A DNA stretch of 64,000 nucleotides, taken from Phallusia mammillata (lineage: Eukaryota). The position numbers and the translations under genes were made by a program. The notes under the pieces were generated by a model. That model made no database searches, had not been told where the DNA came from, and saw nothing but the letters and a program-made list of their open reading frames with translations. This document shows, piece by piece, positions 23,418-37,600 of the stretch (within the stretch, counting starts at the first letter, position 1; each line of letters begins with the position of its first letter). The stretch spans positions 5,146,001-5,210,000 of the forward strand of contig OZ281501.1 of NCBI GenBank assembly GCA_965637545.1, read 5' to 3'.

Positions 23418-26400
23418 TCCTGAGCTTGGCAGATGCTGACAATTTGGACGGGGCAGGCAAAATAATGTTGTTGTCAACGGGAATTTTCCGCAAAACGACA
23501 AACAGATAAAAAATCGAATTTACTGAATTGTTCCGCTAGTAAAAACAAAAACTTAAAACGTAAGATATTTTTGAGGTCAAATTTTCTTGAACCAATTTAA
23601 ATTAAAGAAAGAAAATACATTCTTAATAATCTTGATAAAACTTGTACACCTTTCAAAACGCTGATATGCCTAGTATTTGTTTTCAGGAGTTTTGCATAAA
23701 AACAGCAATAACCTTTCTTGGGTCAAATAACTTTACACAACAACGATAAGCAAGCACCACCATTAAGTTTTGATAAGGCTCAGAACAATTTTTCACATTA
23801 TTAAAGCACTTAAAATGTCCAATGTTCAACGATTTGAAAACAGTAAAACATTTTTTCGTAAGGCGTTCGCACTGTCATAATCACAACCGGGTCATTTCAA
23901 CTGACCGGCGATTTAAAAGGTTACCTCGGGTCACCAAAGTGGAGCGTGACGTCAGGCAGCAAGCGTCACTGGAGGTCACTTGCACCAAAGTTCATGCGTG
24001 AAACAGATTTTATTTTGAAACTTGATTGGAAGCCGGTTTGGTTGCAAATTCTCAGGGTTTTGGCTTAAACCCAACTGCTCCAAAAGTGCTACCTGTAAAA
24101 GTTATATTGTGTGTGGGTAATGATTAATTCCTGTGCTGTGCTAAATACTTGCACACCCACTTGGTTTAGTGGTTTTTTAAAGCCCAATGAAATGTGCTGG
24201 ATTACCTATCTCAGTCATAAAAAGTCTTACAGCTTAGAAAATGAATTCATTACATTAAATGTCCTTGTCCTGGCTGTTTGTTTTTCGCAACAAATAATAC
24301 TGGCACGTTTTTACAAGTAAAGTCAAAAAATATTCACAGAAAACCACATTGTTGCATTATTTATCTTTCTTATTACTTAAACTTTACTGCTGTAATCAAC
24401 AGCGCATAAATGTATTTTGTTTCTTAGTTGCAAAAAAGTTGATCAGTAAAAAACTTTTATGATGTGCAATGGCTTGAGAATTTTTAACCAGCAAAAAATA
24501 TTCAACAATTTTTGTGGCCAAAAGATTTGAGGATATCTATCTTTACAAAGACACATGTAGCATTTATTCTCTAATTTGAAGGAGCACACACACATACAAC
24601 ATTGCAACAACATGTCTGAGGCAGACACCAGGCATGAAATGGCATTTGATTGAACTTTTACACAACTTTTTGGCACTTGTTGTTGATGGGCTTGATGGAA
24701 TTTGACAAGCTCAGTGCAGACTGCTAATGACCCAACCGAAATGTTAGAACAGAGAAAACATTAACCATATTTGTGCATCTTGTTTACAATGGATGTTAGT
24801 TTTCAAATATTGATTAATATCTCTTCTTATTTATTGCGTACATTGCTTAAAGGTAACTTATAAAAAGGCATTTTTTTAAACAAGGGTTTTACAGGATGTA
24901 AAAGTAAAAAAGTATATGTCAAGAAAAAACATTAGAGGATTTAAACTATAAACAAAAGTCATAACCACAATCTGAGCTTTCAAAACTAAAACCAACCAAG
25001 TGACAACAGGTTTTAAAGACAGGTTTTCTTTAACTTTTTGCAGAAAAATATGCAACAAGCAGTCCTATACAAGGTCTACCGTGCAAATATGCAAAAAGCA
25101 GTCCTACACAAGGACTACCGTGGAACAAATTATGTTAAAAAGTAACTTTGCAAGTTATAAAGCCAACCATACTGTTTCCTGTTTATGAACCAAGTCACGT
25201 TTTGGCTCAAACACAAAAACATTGTTCTAACACACCTTAAGTAATAACATGATCACCATAGTTCACAGTAACCTATTAGTTTCACCCAAACTCTTGTTTA
25301 AATTAATAAACTTATAAAATTTATTTTTGTGTATTATGTGTCACCATCATTTTTGTATAATGTTTTTTTTGTCATTTTAGAATACTTTTTCTATGACAAC
25401 CAATACCCGAAAACATTTTTACAAATGCATAAAATTAACTAGTCAATTGCAATGTTGCATTGAATTTCAGTTTTAAGTGGACTAATACCATTATTGACCA
25501 AAATGTTGCCCCCAAAATTTAGGTAACATACAACAGGAAATACCAGTTTGTCTTTTTTAAGTTTTTGAGAATATATTCAAAGATATTGGTAATTTTGTAA
25601 TTTTTTTTGCAAAATTACAGAAAATTCTATGAAGAAAAAACATAGTACGAAAGATAGTACAAAAGCAAGAAAAAAACAGTTTTGAATATATTTTAATGCA
25701 TAAAAGTGGTGTGTTAGTCAATATGAAAGCCACTGGGCTCCTACATATATATAAACATGAAATGCTCGCTGCAAGCCATTTGCCCAGCCTGTAACAAAAT
25801 TCCCTATCTCAAACACAAGTCACACTATTTGGCTTAGTTTAGCATTGTTTAGAAATGCAAACACCAGCAAAGTATTCCAATGAAGGAGAAACAAGTTTTG
25901 ATTCGAAAACCAAATAGAGGGCTTTGGTCAAACATTGACCAGTCGCTAATTGCAGGACGACTCAGCAAATTAATCATTGTTTTTCATTTTGAACCTTCAC
26001 CCATTCCAACTCAAGTATGCTCACAAACACCTATGCTTTATTGATTTGGCCTATCAAAGTGATGCTAACATACTTATGTTGTGGTTTGACACAGTTCCAA
26101 ACCTATTAAATGGTATCACTAAAAGTGGCTCAACCAAAAGTCTTTCATTTGGGGAGAGTACCTAGTGATTCATTGATTTTGGATATTTTTATTTTTGTTC
26201 ATTCTAATTTGCTTGAGGGTTACTTAAAAATTTTCCAAAAAATGTCTAACATTAATGGAAAGAAACTTTACACAAATTTTAAGAAAATTTTTAAAATAAA
26301 TAGCCTTGAAACTTATTTTTACTTAAAAAGGGCCTGTGGGTTAGCTAGTGGGTCAACTGGGGTTTACACTTGTAGTGTATACTTTAGTTAATCACATGTG

Positions 26401-26915
26401 CATAAAGTTTGAACCACTCTTTCTTGACCAAAACATGGAACAGACACAATGTTAGACAGAATAAAGAGTAATAGACAAAAAATGCAGACCAAGTGAATCT
26501 GGTTGTTTTCCTCGCATCATATTTTATGTTATGTTTGTTTATTGTCAGACTCTGTCAAGCATAGTTTTAATTTTAAGCCCACTCGAGAGGTAGAAATACA
26601 TGGTGACTGTTAAGTTTACAGCAAGTATTTTGTATAACTTTACAGCAGTTGGACAAAAAACAACCCAGTGGGTGACACATTTGTTCAAAAAATGTGTTAC
26701 TAACCCAGTAGTTGTCAAACAGTACACCCTGACATTAGCCAGGTGTGAACCCAGATAACAAAAATGTTTTATTTATACAATATAATCCTTCAAATTAATG
26801 ACTGACTTTCCATGTTTCTATCAATGGTGCCAACCAAACTTTGGTCATTTTTTATAGCTGCACACCGGAGTATAAATGTTTGAAAAAGTTTATTCATATG
26901 ATATGATCCTTGAAG

Positions 26916-29900
26916 TTAATGACTGACTTTCCATATCACTACCAATAGTGCATCCCAAAAATGTTGCTTATTTTTCATAGCCCCGCCTAGAAGTAAAAAG
27001 TTTAAGAAACAATGTACTAACCTGTCCTCATTGTCATCATCTTCTTCTTCAGTTTGGCACTGTACTTGTTGCTGCATCTGCTGTTGTTGAATTACAAGCT
27101 GTTGCTGTATTTTCGCTGTCGTCTGCATGGCATGGTTCGTAAAACCTTGTGACCTCAATACTGAGTAGACACTATCAGAATGCGCAATTGACTCCAGAAA
27201 AGGCAGTAAGTCCAGCAGTTCTGTGTCGTTGGGGTCGTCAAACCAGGATATAACCGGCACCTAGACAATATGAACATGAATTAGGATTTGGCATAGTGCA
27301 ATTCTGTATATACAGGCCTAATACTACAGTATGCTTTTAACAGGTTTTTGAAATGCTATTGAGTATGTTCTTGAATGTTGTGCAGTATTGGTTCATTTTA
27401 AATCAGTTTTAACACACTTTTGATTTATTGGAAGTTTTTGAGGTTTTGCACAAAACTTTAACAGCGTTTTGTAGATTTCAATTTACTCTTTTATTTATGC
27501 CATTAACAATAGCGTCCTTTTCACTTAGTAATGCTTAAAAATGTTTATGTAAGAAGCTGAGTTTAATTATAATTGCCCCGGTGGATAATAAGATGGTCCT
27601 AAACCATCGAAACATTTTTCCTGACAGTGCAGAATTCGTTTTGAGCACACACAAGCAATCTGGGGCATATCCCAAGCACTGAGTTTGTTTGGTCACCTTA
27701 GTGGTAAAAGTTTACTATCTTTGTTTGGCATATGACTTTTTTTGAGGAGTCATCAAATACTATCTCACCGTTAAATTGGAATTTCTTAGTCTGCTATTTA
27801 CATTGGACTCATAAAAACTTGACCAAACACTAAAGTGGACCTGTTCTGCTTTTAAAGTCAGTCTTGCACAGCAAACAGGAAAACTGACATTATGGCGTAA
27901 TCAACATGTTCTATCCTTTTGCTGAACATGACAAAGTAGACATTACAGCATTGGAACTCAGTTCAGGCCATGGATCACCAATTCAATTAAAAGTATATCA
28001 CGGACCAGTACATTGTTAAGATAAAGCAAGCATCTATACATAACAATCATATTAATTTGAAATATATTCCTTCAAAACAGAATTTTAAATTGAGAAAAAA
28101 AATTGCCAGTTATTAATAAATAGCCCATTTTCCAAACTGAAAATTCAATGATTTAAATGGAAATTTTCCAGTTTATCACTAAATATAAATGATGACCTGC
28201 GGACCACTAAAATGTCATCATGGATTACCCATTAAAAACCACTGCATTACAGTAATGTTGAAACACATAATACCTTTAAAAATTGTAACGCAAAAATCTC
28301 ATTTGGAATAATACTAAATAAAAATTTTTTTACACACCGCATTGTCAGGATGAAAAATGTACGAAGCAGGCGAATTGTCGATAATAATCACTTTATTCAG
28401 TTCGCGGCCAATCAAACTCAAATCTTTGACATAATTTCCACGATGAAATACACAGGACTCTCGGAATAAACGAGACGTAAATACTCCAGTTTTATCAAGA
28501 AGATCAGCTACTGGGTCAGCATACTACAAAAAAATGAATTTTGTTTAAAAACGTATTTACATTTATATATGTTTAATGTTAGGATAGCCAAACTTATACA
28601 ATTCAGCTCATAACTTGACATGCTATAAGCATATATTTTTGCAGCACTTACACATGCCACTTTGAAAAAAAAAACACATTTTACTTAACAAATTTGTCAT
28701 TCAACTGGTGCGATGCTAAATAAAATACTAGGTAGTTGATTTTCAGGAACTTTTAATTTTGCTGACAATTCGCCCAACAGGTTTCTTCTGTTCTGAGCAA
28801 TGAATGAAATATTGTAACTTGTAAGCACACAAGCGAAAATCATCAGCAAAATTACAAGTTTTAAAAAAACACTAATATTTTGATTAGCAGCACACCAGCT
28901 GAATGGCAAATTTGTTAAATATGCAGCCTGGTGGACAAAACGCTTGTTCAAACATTTTACTAGCATATTTAAAACTGGTACTTAAAATCGGATTTTTTTA
29001 CACCTATAAACTGTATAGTGCTTGTAAAGCAAGAACTGTTTACACCCAGGAAATTATTTTGTAAGTGAATGTTTCCATTCAGCCACAATCTACAGTGAGT
29101 TTTGAAGTCATGAGCATCCTGTGCTTGAAGCAGGATGGTAATTTGATAGCAGGTCGGTGTCGGTGATCTCAAACCCCATGGGGGGGCGTGACAAATCTTT
29201 TCATCTGAACTGTGGTTTTCAAGCATTAGCCTACCTGTGCCAAACAACTCATAGCGAGACCAACTGTTTCAATTACCAGCAAAGATGGCAAACAAACTGA
29301 CTAGGACTTAACTTTGGACATAGACAGCATTAACTGTATATTTCATGGAGATGTAAGTTTTGACAGAAGGCTAAATATTAGTTTTAGTAATTTTTCAGAA
29401 CTTTTTGTGTTTGATTTTTACTTATAATTTAATTTTTAATTTTTAAATGTCATAAGGCAACCTTTACCAATGGGGAAAAACACAATTAACTAACTGCACA
29501 ATAAGCAGCACTTTATTTAGTACAGTTTAACACAACTTATTGCAAAACAGATTAGAGTGAAACATGCAATTTAAACAGCAAAAAACTGCCATATATATTT
29601 AACAAATTGAACTCCGGTCCTTTGTACCATATACTACCAGTGTTAAAATGAACTAGATTGAATTTACATGTATTGCATTAACTTTGTTTTATTGCAACTG
29701 TTTTTAAAAACTACATCTTTCTGTGGGTTGCGAAAATTCAGCAGGGCATATTAGGCCGATATAGACTGTCATAACCTACCAGTGAAAGCCACCCACATAC
29801 TAGTGTGATCGTAATGCGCAAATAGTATGGAGACATTTTAAAAAGTTTCAATGCATTTTTAATGCAAGCGAAAACATTTTGTAAGTTTTATGGGGAATGC

Positions 29901-32900
29901 CAATGACCACACACAAATTGTTGAGTCATTTAAACCTTAATGACTAAGAAAATTCACTGCATATGATAATAATACATCCTGTTGGATACACAGAGAACAC
30001 AACATACCTGTTCAAATCAAAGAATTTCTAACTATGTCTAAGTCAGCCATAGCAAAGACATATTATTCAACATAATAAAGGTTTGGGCATCTTGTTTCAA
30101 GCTTAGTTTAGGTACAGTACTTTTTTTCAAGCGAAACAATAGAAAAAAAGAAATACCTTTGCTAGACTGGCTGTAAACAAAACACACTCATAGAGTTCAC
30201 CCATTTTCTTCAAGTATTCGTCCACATGGGGTCGCTTTAATACGTAAACCTGTACAACAAATGGAAAACAACAATCATATATTTGCTAATTGGTATACCA
30301 ATATCCTAAAAAAAATTTCATAAAATATGCTTTTTTATCTTTAGAATATAAAACATTACTGCATATCTTTTTTTTATCATATGAATGTTTGTTAGATGCA
30401 CGGACTAGATTATTGTGTTGAAACTTCCAAACTAAACAGCAAGAAGTTTAAACATTAACCAATGGATGGTGAGAGCTGCCAGGTGTAAGGCTGACACAAG
30501 CCAATAACATCCAAGTTATTGCTGCCCTAGTAAAGCAAAGCAGCAATACCACTATGGCAGTCCTGGCATAATAACAGCTCACTTGAAAAACAAAACGTTT
30601 TGTCCTGGTGGTATACTATGCTTTTTAGCATTACTATGAACAAAAATACAGCAAACTTTTGTTTATCTGAATCCATTTGGACCAAAAAATTGTCCAGATT
30701 AGGCAATAATCCAGATTAACAGATGCCGATTAGTTCAAACATTACAAAGTATTTGTACCTCAAGTTTTGTCTGAAATAGGCGAAGACCCGGATTAATAAA
30801 ATCTGATTTAACCAGTTTACAGTATTTATGTGTATAGGACAATACATAATAAACTTAACTGGACGGAAATGATTTTTTTGTTCAATCCACTTGTTGAAAA
30901 ATGTAGATGTAAATGAATAAATGTTATATACATGCAGATTAATCCTATATGGGCCTACACAAAAACTGATCCGGTGTCTGGTTTGCAAAGCAAGGAAGCA
31001 AAGCACTAGGGTAAGCACCCCCATAACATTCTTGAGTGAGTAACATGTTTTGTTATGATAAAGCCATAACTTTGTTTTCTTTACATGGCTAGCCAAGGCA
31101 ACACCTATATAAGCTCTACATAAGCCAGCAAGGCCTGTGGTGGAAAAAAGTTTACACGTTTTGCTGTAACCTTTCTATTACCATTTTACCATGTATTTTA
31201 ACAACACATTGTAACAAACATTTTTATAATGTATATGTATGACACAATTAATTATTAAATTATACAATGGTTTTTGTAGATATTTAATCACGTTTTAGCA
31301 TTGAAAAGTGTTTGGATACACACAACTGGTGGTGTAAAAGTTAAAAATGCTAGTGTTACAAATTGTCAAAAAGTGTCATAATTAAGAATATTCTGACAAA
31401 ATCAACATGATTGAATCAGGGTTGTAACACTTACAGGGATCTCACTCGGTTTGTTAAAACAAATTTAAACAGGAATAATTAATTTGTAAATATTTTATTG
31501 CAGAGGGTGTTGTAGTAAAAATTCAGACTTGTCTTTCTATTTGTACTATTAAAGCATGTTGCTAAAATTAATATTTATCTGGGCTTTCACAAAAAAAGCT
31601 AAAAAGCCTTAAGAGTGCCACAACCCTTTACAAAGTTAAGGAGCAATGTTTAAAATGCAAATGTAAAACATCATGCAATTTTAATCACTTTGTTCTCTAA
31701 ACGTCGAAAAGTAATACATGAATCAGAAGGTAAAGTGGAACAAGTACCTAAATTTGAAAGTAGGATGCCTGTTGAACTGGTTGAAGTTAAAATGCCTTCA
31801 TTATGCATTACCGAGTTGCCTTGTTGCCCCAGGCCATTTATAAGTGCAGGCAATTTTTAAACCATTTTGAGACAACGATTTAAAACAATTCTCAGTGAAA
31901 TGTGACTTTTGCTCTTATCACCTGGCTCTTTTATTTTAAGAAATACAATTTGACAGTTTGTTTCCTATACACTATTTTTGCCCAAACATATATGTAACAA
32001 AATTTTCCATTTTTTTCCTGTGGTTCACATCACAATTTCAGCATCACCTAACAGACATATTGTACCATTTTATCACACATATACAATTCCACTGACACAG
32101 GAGACACATAGGAAAAGGTGGAGACATGTTGGATATGGGCCAGCATAGAAATTGTTCACATATTGAATAACAGCAAAACAAACAACACACTGTAAACCAT
32201 GTCACCATAGTAGGTCTGTCGTAAATGACTGTATCCGACCCATAGTAATATTGCCTATAGTGGAATATGCACATCTTAACATACCTGGTGAATTGTGCCA
32301 TCTATTTCGACAGGAACGATAAAATCGGCATTGTTGATTGGCTAAAAAAAGTTTAACACATATTTTAGTACTAGTGATTAGCATTTTACAAATTTAAAAA
32401 ATAAACAGCACAATATATATGTGTATATATAAACAGTTTATTTTGGTTAGCAACCTTGATTTAGGCACCATAACAATAAACTACTTCAGATAGCCAATTG
32501 TTTTTAACCCAGCAATAAAAGTATTTGTAACTTATGTATATAAATGGATTGAAAAGTATATTTAGACATACACTGAAAAATGGAAAACAACTTTGTCATC
32601 ACATTTATTGAAATACAATTCATGCATAATTATGTTGAAAGAAAACAACACAACAGCAAATAATTTTTTTAACTTACTTTAAATGAACTGTGGACTAATG
32701 TTTCATCTAGATCGATAACAGCACATTTCTTTTCACCAAGGGAGGGACATTTTGCTGGTAACAAATATTTTTGGTCTCCATTTGCTAATGTCTGCAAAAA
32801 ATAATTAACTAATAAAAGTTCATACAACTTAAACATATCTACTTTAAGAGTTTTAAAAACATTAATTTTTTTGTTGGCAAAAGTAACAACAAGGAATTTT

Positions 32901-34651
32901 CAACTCTAGTTACAACTAGAATAGTGGTTTTCCTATATATTGCCGGGTTATATATACTACATCATACTTAATGATGTATCACATATTCCATTTACTATAT
33001 TTATAACAGATATATATTTGGCACCTACATTTCATTGGGTCCCTATCTTTTTCCTGGCACTTTATAACCTAATTGTTTCTGCAAGCATAATCTAATAGGT
33101 CCCCACACATATGCATATGCGATTTGGTAACAGTAAAAATAGGGCACAATCATTTGATCTACACATATGATTGTTTTCGCAAGCAAAAACGAATGGGTCC
33201 CCACACGCGCGTTTGTGTGGATTTATGGTAAACAAACACCCTGGTTATTTTTAGATTCGTAAGGACAAGCTTAACCAACTTTAGCCTTAACCCAAAAAGT
33301 TAAAATGTGCTTGATAACTTAATAAAACGACATAGCGTAGCTGCGCAAAAACAGCTGATTTCTAATCATTGACACGACTGCCTCATAAAACGTCGGTCCC
33401 GACGTCAAGCTGAGCACTCCCGCTGCATTCACCCGCCTTAATCGTAAACAAGTGAATTACTCCCTTGAGAGTTGAGACTTCTATCTGACTGAGAAAATGG
33501 TCATGTAACGACTGCGTTCATGCGTGAAGCAGAGGCATTTTTTCTATGCGCCACTATGGTCAATCACTCCCATTGCGTCAGCTGTGCACTGAACGACAGG
33601 CAAATACGGTCATTTTCATGGACCACATGGACCATCTTTAGACCAATATCTGTAATGTGTGTAAATTTGAAAAAGTTTGAACCATTCTTTCTTGACCAAA
33701 ATGTGGGAACAAATGCGCGTTAGAAAGAAAAAAAGAAAAAAAAATATAGACAAAAACAATCCTGTTTAGAAATACACAGTCAGCAATATAGTCTGCCCAA
33801 GTTTAATACTGCAACTCATGCACTGTAAGGGTTTAAAGGTTATAAGTAGAGGAAAGATGGTGCCCCTCGCGAGGCACAAGCACAACAAACAATGCCAACA
33901 TACACAATAACAAAGTCTCAGATCTAAAAACTTGTGTGCATAACTAACCGCTTCTGTTTTTGAGTCCACACTAGGTGATGGAGGGGGTGTATGTTCAGTT
34001 TTTCCATTTGTTGTCGGTGGCCAAGTCTCATTGACTGGCTTTTGATCCAAGACACTTTTCTTCTTTGGACGCCCAAAACAGCACAGCAGAGAGCGAAATT
34101 GTGCTCGTTGGGTGTCTGTTTTGGTTTTTGACCGGTATGACTTTTTCAGAGGTTTCTCTTCTAAAATAACAATGATAAAAAAGTTATGGTTTATACTTCA
34201 TTAGTAAACTTATACTGGATTTGTTCTGTTGTGTTGTCTACTTGTCGTTGTTGTCATTTTTTAAGACTTCCGAAGCTTAAGTTAAGCCAATGATACAGCC
34301 TGGTTAAACCTAGGTTATGAAATGCTGTCTTGGTGGCATTAAAAAGGATTAACTCATCATTATGCATTATTGTTTAGCCCTTGTTTAGTTCATGACCATG
34401 GTATGAGCATGTCACTTTTTGTTTTGATAATACAAGACAATTGTAGCACAATTTCCTTTATTGCAAAGTTGTCACCATTTTTTAGTAATCGTAAAAACAC
34501 CTATAATCAATGCAAACCACAGGTGTACACTGTAATTAACAGATATGGGCATCTTTTTAACATATGTACCTCTTATAGGCGAAGCGTAACCATTAAGTTG
34601 CTCATTGTCTCTGCTAACTTGCGTGATGATGGATGTATGAACAGGATCCAT
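26916..34651 (-). CDS. CTDSP: CTD small phosphatase (SCP/CTDSP family, FCP1-like HAD phosphatase)
   Basis: Exons 34651-34570 ([15 protein letters not shown]), 34160-33949 (SLLCCFG), 32791-32678 ([14 protein letters not shown]), 32341-32285 ([15 protein letters not shown]), 30249-30157 ([11 protein letters not shown]), 28523-28338 ([10 protein letters not shown]...DNSPASY) and 27260 onward (VPVISWFDD). The 3' end either reads through to the stop at 26916 or splices at 27022 to a distal exon at 24092. Confidence 0.95.
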
Positions 34652-37600
34652 TGAACGCCGGGAACTTTTTCTTACAGATACAGATAACCCACCGATTCTT
34701 GGAACCTCGTTGAACAAATATGGCGAAATATTACGTCCAATTTGTGTAAACATTTGCCAAATGGTCCGTTTCAGAATAATTCCTTGCCAAAACCCACTGA
34801 ATGGGTAGTTTAATCAAACAAAGTCACCGTTGCAGCAAGTGTGAAGTTAGATGGCTAACCAGCGGAGCTTTATCCAGCAAAAAGTACACTGCCAGATGTA
34901 GTACACGTTACATATCCATGTTAACCTGCTTGTTCACAGCATACCTTTGAATTAAGAACATCAAATGTTGTTTGGCTATCTGCCAATAGTAAACAACATT
35001 ATAGCAACCAAGTCACTGTCAGACAGAGTTTAGTTGGCAAACAAATCATTTAATATGGCAACTGCCTTTTGCACCTCTGTTGTCCACAAGCCAAATTTAG
35101 TTTTCAAAGGATACGGCTATTTTGCCCCCAGAAAAGGAACGTACAATTATTTTAGGCATCAACACAACACGTACTTTGGCATTTCGTGCATGCCGCATTT
35201 TGTCTGCATCGTGCATAATGCAATTCCACTGGCTCCATGCAATATAACTATAAAACTGCGACTGCACAGGCAGGGGGCAATACGGCGACACAAACACAAC
35301 AGAAAACAGTGCGTGATTTTTGCAACAATACGTTTGGCACGACTTTGCGACAGCATGTTTATGACGATTTTTGTACCGGGTAAACAGTTTTGGCGAAAAT
35401 AACCTGACTTATTTTACGTGTGGAAGCGCTTGGCAATCATTATGGCAAATCGTAGTCGATATTAAATTGGGATTTAACATACATAAGAATTAAACAAAAA
35501 CGCATGTCAATATATAAGCAGTTGCTGCCAGGCAATATATCAACTTTATAAGGCTCTTCTGGCAATTTTTTATTTTGTCAAACGCATGTCAAGTTCGTTC
35601 CTATTCCTACATTGTTCTAATAACGCAAACAATACTTGCTTTCACAAAACACTAGTAAACGTTTTCAAACTAGTACACAAAACGTTATTGTGCTTAAACA
35701 CGCTGCATTACAATCACAAACCATATATCAACCAAACTGTTGCAACATTGCTAGAACAACTACAGCGAATACTGTGTAATTACTATCTTGGTAACTTCAC
35801 TAGGAAATTAGAAAATCTTTTCTACATCGGCTAACGCTACACTGCTACGACAAACGTATTTTTTCTGTAGTCCGTACTAAATATTTCCGCGACAGTTCCG
35901 TACAGGGTTGGCAGAACAACCGAAGCAAACACCACCGCACCGTAAGCATGAGCACAAGCACTTTGTGTTTATCTTGGTGCCCAACATGGCGCCCCTCGCG
36001 AGGCACCATTGCCTAGCGGAGATCGCAAATGAGAAAAACGGTTTTTGGCTCAAGGGAGAGCAGTGCGCTCCTCATAATAAAGAAACTAAAAGGAGAGTTA
36101 GTTGTAACAAGCGAGAGCTGCTAAAGCGTAACGTTTGTGATGTCAGGCAAAACATTCCTGCGCACCTTTTTCTCATCGTCCTATTCAGTTTGCTAGTTTC
36201 CCCGCGAAGAGCGCAATGGTTGCTTCTCTTGAGTACAACTTTCAAACATTTACTTGACTGAAGCTTTTTGACCGTCGCGAAGCACCTTGTTTATCGCTTG
36301 GTATCTCCATATTGCGCCTGGCGGTACAGGAGAGAGCAAAAAAGGCGGCCAAGCGTTAAGACTGGTCGCCGCGAGCTAAACTATCCGCCTTGATTTGAAT
36401 GCATTGCCAGCCTGGAGGTATGTACGTTTTGTAACCACACTCAACTGTATGCAACTTTTTAGCTATCCACCCACGCTTGAAAACCACCTTGTTCAGTTGG
36501 ACTTTATGTCGGTTTGAACTGCTGTGACGTGAGCCATTTTGAAATGAAACTGTTGTTAGTTCGTGACTTATCTTATCTTTAGGGCATCCTGTTATTTTCC
36601 GGTAGTTTAGTTAAGTATGTTTGTCTAGTTTTTTCCCTTTATTTTGACTGTTAATTGTTACACATGGATTATAACAACCTTTCAAGGACTGAATATGCCT
36701 ATGAAACATATAATTTTGCTCAATTAAGATCTGTACCCATGTAGACCCGCCAATAGAATAAAATTAAACAGCAGTTTCCCGCCAATATCGGTTGTGCAAA
36801 TACACCTCAAGACTACCTGTCAGGGCCGGTATTTGGCAATGACTTGGAGCAGGCCATCGGAAACAAATTGAAGTTAATTGCCGCGATAAATGAAATACAT
36901 CCCCAATAGTTTGCGTGTTTCCCACCGAATCTGCAGACGCAAACGTCTGGATCAAAATGGGCCAAAAAATCAAATCAAAAATGCCATGTTCAATGTGATT
37001 TGTACATGATTTTGCTATGGTCTGTTATATACTCTATAACGTTGTATTTTGTACCACATGCTCATTACACACAATTTAAATTGCTCATGTCAGATAAATT
37101 GGCCGAACGATTAACCTTTGCGCTAATTGTGTTTGTGGCAAGATTGTATTACCACTTTTGTTCGCATTAACCACAGGGCTGTGAAATCGAGTTTCACGAC
37201 ATGCGAAATTGGACAAACAACAAACTGCCAACTGTAAGCCGAGACTTGCCTTTGTCAAGCAAACAACTGCTGCCAGTTTCGCCCTGTGGTGACTGTTATT
37301 ATTCTTTGCTGACCCCTGGCGGATTCAAGCACAATTTGTTTTTTCCACTGTCTGTTACTTATAAAGATTGGATAACTTTTTTTTACAGTTGCAAACTTCA
37401 AATTTAAAATGTATATTTCAAATGTATTTCACCATACAATAATTTAAATCTTTACTTTTGTTTTATATTCAAGGACAAATTATTTTATAACAGTTCGATT
37501 TTACATTTATCTAGTATTGTTATTTTTCAGAAGGAAACTTATATTGTGACAAACAGCATTGATTTCTGATGGAATTTTTGATGTCCAGGTACCCAAATAT

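Noticed and set aside
23200-23700. Histone genes flanking the symmetric promoter
   Set aside because: No histone-like reading frame on either strand.
28697-29247. Two minus-strand ORFs (89 and 92 aa) inside a CTDSP intron
   Set aside because: No recognisable motifs, non-ATG starts and no phase-compatible splice sites.
30250-32284. miR-26 homolog in the CTDSP intron equivalent to the vertebrate host intron
   Set aside because: I found no TTCAAGTAAT seed region on the sense strand and no convincing hairpin by eye. A folding or Infernal search could still overturn this.
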